32,987 nucleotides of DNA, from assembly GCA_032718475.1 (NCBI GenBank), contig JAUCBJ010006251.1:1-32987 (forward strand), read 5' to 3'. The translations under genes were made by a program, and so were the position numbers. Source of the stretch: Nemertoderma westbladi. Taxonomy: Eukaryota; Animalia; Xenacoelomorpha. The notes under the pieces are model-generated. The model saw nothing but the letters and a program-made list of their open reading frames with translations, was not told where the DNA came from and did not search any database. Every line of letters begins with the position of its first letter. Position 1 is the stretch's first letter. This document shows, piece after piece, positions 22,501 through 31,967 of this stretch.

Positions 22501-25500
22501 CTCTGTGACAAAATATCAGAGGTAAAACAACCCATATCAAAGAAACCCAAGTCATGGTAATTGTGTGGGTTGTTCTGTCTCTGTGACTAAATATCAGAGG
22601 TAAAACAACCCACACCACAGAAACCCAAGTCATGGTAATTGTGTGGGTTGTTCTATCTCTGTGACAAAATATCAGAGGTAAAACAACCCGCACCACAGAA
22701 ACCCAAGTCATGGTAATTGTGTGGGTTGTTCTATCTCTGTGACAAAATATCAGAGGTAAAACAACCCGCACCACAGAAACCCAAGTCATGGTAATTGTGT
22801 GGGTTGTTCTATCTCTGTGACAAAATATCAGAGGTAAAACAACCCGCACCACAGAAACCCAAGTCGTGGTAATTGTGTGGGTTGTTCTATCTCTGTGACA
22901 AAATATCAGAGGTAAAACAACCCGCACCACAGAAACCCAAGTCGTGGTAATTGTGTGGGTTGTTCTATCTCTGTGACAAAATATCAGAGGTAAAACAACC
23001 CGCACCACAGAAACCCAAGTCATGGTAATTGAGTGGGTTGTTCTATCTCTGTGACAAAATATCAGAGGTAAAACAACCCGCACCACAGAAACCCAAGTCG
23101 TGGTAATTGTGTGGGTTGTTCTATCTCTGTGACAAAATATCAGAGGTAAAACAACCCGCACCACAGAAACCCAAGTCATGGTAATTGTGTGGGTTGTTCT
23201 ATCTCTGTGACAAAATATCAGAGGTAAAACAACCCGCACCACAGAAACCCAAGTCATGGTAATTGTGTGGGTTGTTCTATCTCTGTGACAAAATATCAGA
23301 GGTAAAACAACCCGCACCACAGAAACCCAAGTCGTGGTAATTGTGTGGGTTGTTCTATCTCTGTGACAAAATATCAGAGGTAAAACAACCCGCACCACAG
23401 AAACCCAAGTCGTGGTAATTGTGTGGGTTGTTCTATCTCTGTGACAAAATATCAGAGGTAAAACAACCCGCACCACAGAAACCCAAGTCGTGGTAATTGT
23501 GTGGGTTGTTCTATCTCTGTGACAAAATATGAGAGGTAAAACAACCCGCACCACAGAAACCCAAGTCGTGGTAATTGTGTGGGTTGTTCTATCTCTGTGA
23601 CAAAATATGAGAGGTAAAACAACCCGCACCACAGAAACCCAAGTCGTGGTAATTGTGTGGGTTGTTCTATCTCTGTGACAAAATATCAGAGGTAAAACAA
23701 CCCATACCACAGAAACCCAAGTCATGGTAATTGTGTGGGTTGTTCTATCTCTGTGACAAAATATCAGAGGTAAAACAACCCGCACCACAGAAACCCAAGT
23801 CGTGGTAATTGTGTGGGTTGTTCTATCTCTGTGACAAAATATGAGAGGTAAAACAACCCGCACCACAGAAACCCAAGTCGTGGTAATTGTGTGGGTTGTT
23901 CTATCTCTGTGACAAAATATGAGAGGTAAAACAACCCGCACCACAGAAACCCAAGTCATGACAATTGTGTGGGTTGTTCTATCTTTGTGACAAAATATCA
24001 GAGGTAAAACACCCATACTACAGAAACCCAAGTCATGGTAATTGTGTGGGTTGTTCTATCTCTGTGACAAAATATCAGAGGTAAAACAACCCATACCACA
24101 GAAACCCAAGTCATGGTAATTGTGTGGGTTGTTCTATCTCTGTGACAAAATATCCGAGGTAAAACAACCCGCACCACAGAAACCCAAGTCATGGTAATTG
24201 TGTGGGTTGTTATGTCTCTGTGACAAAATATCAGAGGTAAAACAACACATACCACAGAAACCCAAGTCATGGTAATTGTGTGGGTTGTTCTGTCTCTGTG
24301 ACATAATATCAGAGGTAAAACAACCCATACTACAGAAACCCAAGTCATGGTAATTGTGTGGGTTGTTATATCTCTGTGACAAAATATCAGAGGTAAAACA
24401 ACCCGCACCACAGAAACCCAAGTCATGGTAATTGTGTGGGTTGTTCTGTCTCTGTGACAAAATATCAGAGGTAAAACAACCCGCACATCAGAACCCAAGT
24501 CATGGTAATTGTGTGGGTTGTTCTATCTCTGTAACAAAATATCAGAGGTAAAACAACCCGCACCACAGAAACCCAAGTCATGGTAATTGTGTGGGTTGTT
24601 CTATCTCTGTGACAAAATATCAGAGGTAAAACAACCCGCACCACAGAAACCCAAGTCGTGGTAATTGTGTGGGTTGTTATATCTCTGTGACAAAATATCA
24701 GAGGTAAAACAACCCGCACCACAGAAACCCAAGTCATGGTAATTGTGTGGGTTGTTCTATCTCTGTAACAAAATATCAGAGGTAAAACAACCCGCACCAC
24801 AGAAACCCAAGTCATGGTAATTGTGTGGGTTGTTCTGTCTCTGTGACATAATATCAGAGGTAAAACAACCCATACCACAGAAACCCAAGTCATGGTAATT
24901 GTGTGGGTTGTTCTGTCTCTGTGACATAATATCAGAGGTAAAACAACCCATACTACAGAAACCCAAGTCATGGTAATTGTGTGGGTTGTTATATCTCTGT
25001 GACAAAATATCAGAGGTAAAACAACCCGCACCACAGAAACCCAAGTCATGGTAATTGTGTGGGTTGTTCTATCTCTGTAACAAAATATCAGAGGTAAAAC
25101 AACCCGCACCACAGAAACCCAAGTCATGGTAATTGTGTGGGTTGTTCTATCTCTGTGACAAAATATCAGAGGTAAAACAACCCGCACCACAGAAACCCAA
25201 GTCATGGTAATTGTGTGGGTTGTTCTATCTCTGTGAGAAAATATCAGAGGTAAAACAACCCGCACAACAGAAACCCAAGTCGTGGTAATTGTGTGGGTTG
25301 TTCTATCTCTGTGAGAAAATATCAGAGGTAAAACAACCCGCACCACAGAAACCCAAGTCATGGTAATTGTGTGGGTTGTTATGTCTCTGTGACAAAATAT
25401 CAGAGGTAAAACAACACATACCACAGAAACCCAAGTCATGGTAATTGTGTGGGTTGTTCTATCTCTGTGACAAAATATCAGAGGTAAAACAACCCGCACC

Positions 25501-26176
25501 ACAGAAACCCAAGTCATGGTAATTGTGTGGGTTGTTCTATCTCTGTGACAAAATATCAGAGGTAAAACAACACATACCACAGAAACCCAAGTCATGGTAA
25601 TTGTGTGGGTTGTTCTATCTCTGTGACAAAATATCAGAGGTAAAACAACCCGCACCACAGAAACCCAAGTCATGGTAATTGTGTGGGTTGTTATGTCTCT
25701 GTGACAAAATATCAGAGGTAAAACAACACATACCACAGAAACCCAAGTCATGGTAATTGTGTGGGTTGTTATGTCTCTGTGACAAAATATCAGAGGTAAA
25801 ACAACCCGCACCACAGAAACCCAAGTCATGGTAATTGTGTGGGTTGTTATGTCTCTGTGACAAAATATCAGAGGTAAAACAACCTATACTACAGAAACCC
25901 AAGTCATGGTAATTGTGTGGGTTGTTCTATCTCTGTGACAAAATATCAGAGGTAAAACAACCCATACCACTGAAACCCAAGTCATGGTAATTGTGTGGGT
26001 TGTTCTATCTCTGTGATAAAATATCAGAGGTAAAACAACCCATACCACTGAAACCCAAGTCATGGTAATTGTGTGGGTTGTTCTATCTCTGTGACAAAAT
26101 ATCAGAGGTAAAACAACCCATACCACTGAAACCCAAGTCATGGTAATTGTGTGGGTTGTTCTATCTCTGTGACAAA
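19533..26176. repeat. 78-bp satellite, ~85 copies, each unit with a 21-bp inverted repeat
   Basis: Unit ggtaattgtgtgggttgttctatctctgtgacaaaatatcagaggtaaaacaacccgcaccacagaaacccaagtc(g/a)t; arms gtgtgggttgttctatctctg / cagaggtaaaacaacccgcac. Confidence 0.97.
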
Positions 26177-26974
26177 AACAACCCTCTCAGGTTGTTCTGC
26201 CTCTCTGAAAAATAACAAAAAAAACGTTTTTTTTCTCATTAATAATTACATTTTGATATCCAGTCCCTATTTTACAATTACTCGTATCTTCCTAGACCTC
26301 GGAAACCAATTTTAGGAGGGGGGGACGGGATCTGGAGCAAATTATAAATTATTATCGTAACAATATACTTTGGTGTGTTGTTACTGTTGTTCTGCCACTA
26401 GCTTCACATATCACGATATAATATTCTATCTTTTGACGCCACTTGCGAATTGTTTCCCGCCATGTGGTTCTAATTTCAAATTCTATGCACTGGCTTTTGG
26501 ATGATTCATTTTCGCGTTGTAATTATGCAAAGTTATTTAGTCTTAAAGATGGCTCAATTTATTAGATCCCTTTGTCTGTCTGTATTCCAATTCAAGCCAA
26601 TATCAGTACGACTTAATCGCGAAACGAAAGGAATCACACATGTAACTTATAGTTGCATAAAATTGTGAAACCAAACTTATTTGATTTAATACAAAATAAA
26701 AGCGAATACGCAACGCACTAACACTACTAACAGGGCACACAAATGCAGAAATGAATATAATATACCAATTAATTATAAAATCAGGCGACGGCACATATAC
26801 AAAAAGTTAATTATTTTAGTTGTTTAGATAAAACTGCAAGACCAGCACGGAAAGATAAGTTGTTTTTTTACCTGCAGTCCCGAAATAAACTAACTGAGAG
26901 TGAAATTATACCGGCAGTAGGCCTACAGCGCTACAGGGGAAACAACCGCTCAGCAGCAGTCCGCAACATAATAG

Positions 26975-27487
26975 CTACAGTTTAACGTTAAACGAGGCGC
27001 CACAGGAGCAGCCTTGCGACGCCTGGGGATTGTCTACAATACGGAAGGCGGAACGAATGAGTTCCACGTCGTAGTCCACAGTGCACCCGTCCAGATAGTC
27101 CAACGAGGACTGGTCCACGACAACCGCGGCACCAGATCGCTCAAATCGAACATCGTCTTCAGAGGTCGACGAATCGAAATCGAACTTATATTGGAAGCCG
27201 GAACAGCCGCCTCCGTCCACCCACACCCGGAGGAATTCATCGGGCGTAGCGATAGCGGCGATGTGAGCCGCGCAGCTGTCCGAGATGTTCAGCTTAGGGG
27301 CTGTCTCCTCAGCGGGGATACTCGTAAATAATCGCTGGCTAGAAGTCCCGAGTCCAGCAGTCGCTACATTAGTTTCCGTGAGTCTAGTCGAGCGAGTTGG
27401 GAGAGAGAACAACAACCGAGAAGTGTTGGGGACACTGCGGAAGTGACGTCGAGGGAATAACGACACGCGGATACGTACCGGTATCAT
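26975..27487 (-). CDS. ISCA2: Iron-sulfur cluster assembly protein 2, mitochondrial (HesB/IscA family), 170 aa, uninterrupted CDS
   Basis: LRVWVDGGGCSGFQYKF, VDY..ELIRSAFRI and GCSCGASF motifs; Arg/Ser-rich, acid-poor N-terminal presequence. Confidence 0.93.
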   Translation of the reverse strand: MIPVRIRVSLFPRRHFRSVPNTSRLLFSLPTRSTRLTETNVATAGLGTSSQRLFTSIPAEETAPKLNISDSCAAHIAAIATPDEFLRVWVDGGGCSGFQYKFDFDSSTSEDDVRFERSGAAVVVDQSSLDYLDGCTVDYDVELIRSAFRIVDNPQASQGCSCGASFNVKL

Positions 27488-27968
27488 AACCCAGATAAAT
27501 AGCCGTAGGTAAGTAGTTCAGTACAACCAGGAACAAACTGAATTAATAACTGTACTAGTAGGCCTACTCTGTACGATAGGCCACAAAGTTCGCGATCAGA
27601 CTTTATAATTAACAGATTAAGGTTGATATGTATGATCTTTTCACACTTGCTTGCTATGGGTTTTAGAGGTCATTCTCACTCGGGAGATGGGATGTGAGCG
27701 ACGGATTTTGCATAGCTGTAACATGCAAGGACTGCAAGGTTGCCTAAGACAGTAAGACTGAGCTTGAGCTATAATAATGTATTGTGTGGTTTATTTACTA
27801 GAACAAGGGTACCGGTACCGTACCGTACTGTAATACTGTATAGTACAGTAGGAGGTAGAATAAAACCCTTTGTCCTTATCTGATCTGATCTGACGGCATC
27901 TGATCCTATAACCAATCAGGAGAAAGATATAATATATCTTTCTTATATCTTCTATAATATATCTTTAT

Positions 27969-28011
27969 CCTATTGGCTATTTACCTATATTATAGGTAAA
28001 TAGCCAATAGG
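27969..28011. repeat. Perfect 43-bp palindrome (21-bp arms, 1-nt spacer)
   Basis: cctattggctatttacctata-t-tataggtaaatagccaatagg. Confidence 0.9.
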
Positions 28012-29234
28012 GGATCAGGTTGCCATGTTACTTATCAGTATCATCATATGACATAGCAGTTGTAGGCCTTCAGGCATACCTGTATGCAGCCAATGAAGCA
28101 AAGGCATGTTAAAAATGCGATATACAGTACGATGAAGGATGGCGGTTATGAAAGTTCTGTGATTGGATAGGGATATGGATAGTTTCAGATGTAAACAACT
28201 TTCGCAGATGTAGTTGGTGTTGAAACATTAAACTTTTATTAAAAACAATACAGCCTTTCTGCCTTTGCTGCAATATTTTAGTAATCTTTCTTGTTAATAG
28301 TTTATTAATAGTTAATTAATTATAATTAATATTATTAAATAATGATACTGTGCTTATTAGTATATTACATTTAAAATATTTATTGTTTGTTTGTTACGCT
28401 AAAGGGAAGGCAGGGAGAGGTACAGCTCTGTACAGTACTGTTACTGCAGAATATGGCGAAACACTTTAACATTCCCCATGATATTGCCCTGATTGCCAGC
28501 TGATACAGTGGAGTTTATTATACCCAGGCGATGAAGGAAAATGGGAGGTGGGTGGGAAGGTGGGAATCAAACGATGTTTTTACCTTGCAATTGACGGAAA
28601 AGAGCAGGTTACAGCGGCGGCAATTTCTAACCAAAACAATAAACGATGTTGTTGACAATTTTCACCCACCGCCGAAAAATACAAGTTTCAGAATTCTTAT
28701 GCAATTTTTACATATTCCATTGAATTCAGAACCCTCACAAATCCTCATAACGCAAGAAACCCCATACTTCCGAAAAATACAAGTTTGAGATGTCTAGTTG
28801 TTAGATAAATATTTATTCCATTGAATTCAGAGCCCCCTTAAACCTCTAAAATGTAAGATTGGACTGTGAGTTGTCACAATCAATTGAACTATTGAATGAA
28901 TTTTCAAAATTTCTTGCTGGCACCAAATTTTGCACACGGCATCGAAAATTACAACGTTGATGATATGCCTGGTGCAATTCATATATATTCCAACGAGACT
29001 AGAACGCCTAAAACCCCTATTGCGGAAAAAACAGCTTCAAATAATCAATTTACAAAATTGAAATATTTCAAAATTTGGGGCTGGCACCAAAATTTGGCAC
29101 CCGCCGCTAAAAACAAGATTATAATTTCTAGCTTACTTTATATGAATTCCTTTTAGTTAGTTTCAGTTAGTCTTTTAGTTAGTAGCGTTAGTTTCAGAGA
29201 GAGGGGGGGGGGGGGGGGGGGGGGGGGGGGTGTG

Positions 29235-29427
29235 TTATATTGACTGACATGGGCAGAAACTCCAGTACTCATTTAGCTACCATTTAAGGATGCAAGGCAG
29301 AGATGCATCGCTAAACCCTTCAAAGCATTCGTGATAAAACGAAAACTGCCTTGGCCCCCATGCCGGGGTTGAACCCACAACCTCCGTGAGACGTGAATTC
29401 AATATAACCACTCACCAAGGTGGGCTC
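29235..29427 (-). mobile_element. tRNA-derived SINE fragment with a Nin/Deu-like central domain
   Basis: On the minus strand: A-box-like tggtgagtgg (29408-29417), B-box ggttcaacccc (29365-29375), then ctgccttgcatccttaaatggtagctaaatgagtac (29265-29300), resembling the gcctt-catcc...taaatgagtac core of Nin-domain SINEs. Confidence 0.6.
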
Positions 29428-29729
29428 TGAACCAAGGTGGAACAAGTGTCAGATACCGTCAGATCAGATCAGATCAGATAAGGACAGACGTTTTAGCCAT
29501 CCTTGTACAGTAGTAGTCAAGAATACTAGATTTTTAAGGCCACGCATGACATGACAAGGTGCAGACTGGGGACCCTTTCTATTCTGCACAGGCTATTTAT
29601 TCACATTTGTATGATTGATCCACAGCGATAGGAATGTGTAATTGAGCTGTCGCCTCGATACGAAACTTTTTCGATGTCTTATATTATCGTCTGTATTTTG
29701 ACTGCTGCCGGTCGAAAATGCCATGTAAA

Positions 29730-29946
29730 GAGTCTGTATCGGCCAGTACATCGACACATTGAGTCTGTATCGGCCAGTACAGCGACACATTGAGTCTGTA
29801 TCGGCCAGTACATTGACACATTGAGTCTGTATCGGCCAGTACATCGACACATTGAGTCTGTATCGGCCAGTACATCGACACATTTTTACACGGCCTGTAC
29901 AGTACAATAACAATAGCTTGTTATTGTACAAGGCCGTGTAAAAATG
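29730..29946. repeat. 31-bp minisatellite (5 copies) followed directly by a 66-bp hairpin
   Basis: Unit gagtctgtatcggccagtacatcgacacatt. Hairpin 29881-29946: catttttacacggcct...gtacaataacaa-tagc-ttgttattgtac...aggccgtgtaaaaatg. Confidence 0.9.
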
Positions 29947-30338
29947 ATAAGTTCATTAATTCATTACTTCATAATATCAGAGGATCAAAATGTTGGTTGA
30001 CTGTATACAATGCTTAAGCAATGTAGCAATGGAGCAGGTTAACTAATAAGTGGGGCTTTCGCGTACCACGTGACGTAAACCTATGTTAAGCGTCAATTCT
30101 TAAGAATTATAAGCAAAATATGAAATGTCCCCTAATAACTTTTACCGCCTAGCGGCAGAGTAACTTCCCCACGAACCTCACAAAAACTTAGTCTATATCA
30201 ATCAGTCTGTATCAACAACTGGAGCGATGCTAGGAGGAGTGAGGGAGGCCAGGGCCGCGATATCCAACAAGGATGATAAAGAATAATTAATAATACAAAA
30301 TGACCGAACTTTTTTTTTCTGAAATGTTTTCATTTCAG

Positions 30339-30461
30339 CCCACTAGCGGTAGACTGGAGAACTGCCGAGGGATTACCGTCCTCACAAAGATGCAGCCTAT
30401 GGATGGTCTAGCACGTATATCTGCCAAGATTCAGCTGGAACAAATAACGAAATGTGATAAG
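30339..30461 (+). CDS. Candidate 123-nt exon of an unidentified gene (PTSGRLENCRGITVLTKMQPMDGLARISAKIQLEQITKCDK)
   Basis: T-rich tract plus tttcAG acceptor at 30337-30338, AAG|GTATTT donor at 30462, length divisible by 3, only one frame open. Protein not recognised. Confidence 0.3.
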
Positions 30462-31297
30462 GTATTTACTTTTCGATATTTCACCTCGAGCGACTAACTC
30501 TAGAATTATAGATGGAGTGCAGCACTAAATTTATGCTGCCATGAAAGTTGAAAACACAAATATTTTACATAAAAAAAGTAAAACAAAACAAACTGACAAA
30601 CAAGTTAGCTAAAACAAAAAAAGTTCCAGCTTTATTTCCGTTTCGTCATTTACCGAGCGAAATTTTAGTAATTAAACACTTAGGGTTGGTTTCCTGATCA
30701 AGCAGATTATATTAAATACATAAATAAATATTGTGTAATATTACATGGTAGCACCAAACCCATTCTCAAAGGCCTACAAGGTGGTTACGAGATAACGAGC
30801 AACGTAAGTTTAGTTACTATGTACACTGATACTGAACCTTCCGACACCATACAGTTTATTAATCTACATACATCACCAACAAAAAATCTTTATCTGGGCT
30901 GTGCACTTAGCTCTTTGGTGTACTTGGGTGCATAATACATAGCCTACATATCCAATATAATATCTGTTTAAGCGTGAAGATGATAGAGCGCAAGAAAAAT
31001 CTCACTCGGAAATGTCTGCCGAAATATAGATTAAATATATAATATTAATAATATAATAATATAAATATTGTATTCTATCTAAAATATGCGCTTAAAAATA
31101 TTTTGTGATGCTGAAATTGACATGTTGTTGTTGTATAGTTCGTAATGTTATGTATAACGTAACATTATAACGTAATGTTACGTATATGTTCGTAATTCAA
31201 AAACGATAATAATAATATGTTAGTTTTCCACTATTCTCTAGAACAAATGGCCTCGAAAATATGGTGTTTTGTAGGGCTACCGAACCTCAGCAGAAAA

Positions 31298-31521
31298 AGC
31301 GGTGACGTAATAGATTGCGCGACAGAGCGGTGACGCAATAGATTGCGCGACAGAGCGGTGACGCAAAAGATTGCGCGACAGAGCGGTGACGCAATAGTTT
31401 GCGCGACAGTGCGGTGACGCAGTAGATTGAGCGACAGAGCGGTGACGCAATAGATTGCGCGACTGTGCGGTGACGTAATAGATTGCGCGACAGAGCGGTG
31501 ACGCAATAGATTGCGCGACAG
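31298..31521. repeat. 28-bp CpG-rich minisatellite, 8 copies, with internal palindrome cgcaat-ag-attgcg
   Basis: Unit agcggtgacgcaatagattgcgcgacag. Confidence 0.92.
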
Positions 31522-31753
31522 TTTCTATATAAATAGTGGAAATGGCGGAAACTGTGTTTGACCTAATTCTCGCAAAATAAAAGAAGCATTCATGACCTAC
31601 TATATTAGGTCATGAAGCATTTATAATATATATGATCTGTAATGTTCTGATCTGTTATTAATGCAACCCGTGTAAATTCGCACCAAAGATAAATAAATAA
31701 ATAAATCTGTGTTGAATAACTCAGCACGTCATAATAACGAGGGGCACAAAGAC

Positions 31754-31943
31754 TCAGTGGGAATCATGGGGAAAAAATTGTGTTAAGAAAAGAAAACTAC
31801 AAAAAATAATAAAAAATACAATAAGTATCCCGAATATTTTGAGTATCAACCATCTGTTGGAAGTGACGCTCTGGAAATATTTGAGTATCTCGTTATGGGC
31901 CGCTTCTACATTGAGTTCAGTTTCTTCTACATTGGAATCAATC
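31754..31943 (-). CDS. STX5: Last coding exon of syntaxin 5 (end of SNARE motif plus TM anchor); upstream exons lie beyond the window. True stop may be at 31783-31785
   Basis: RIDSNVEETELNVEAAHNEILKYFQSVTSNRWLILKIFGILIVFFIIF closely matches the syntaxin-5 C-terminus. Acceptor ttttttttccAG on the minus strand at 31945-31944. Confidence 0.9.
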
Positions 31944-31967
31944 CTGGAAAAAAAAATATTAATTGTG

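Larger units (their letters stand above)
27871..29486. mobile_element. Pair of inverted repeats bounding ~1.6 kb; possible non-autonomous TIR element with nested insertions
   Basis: tgtccttatctgatctgatctgacggcatctga (27871-27903) versus tcagataccgtcagatcagatcagatcagataaggaca (29449-29486). No TSD identified. Confidence 0.5.

Noticed and set aside
19626-26141. Long minus-strand ORFs (922, 556, 166, 454 aa) of a 26-aa repeat
   Set aside because: The unit is 78 bp (divisible by 3) and lacks a stop in one frame, so long ORFs arise automatically. The frame is broken by 1-bp deletions, and there is no unique N- or C-terminal domain.
19533-26176. CRISPR-like array (palindromic repeats at regular spacing)
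   Set aside because: Sequences between hairpins are near-identical, not unique spacers; no cas genes; eukaryotic context.
29340-29427. tRNA gene
   Set aside because: Has A/B boxes but I could not build a cloverleaf with an acceptor stem; it continues into a SINE-type core.
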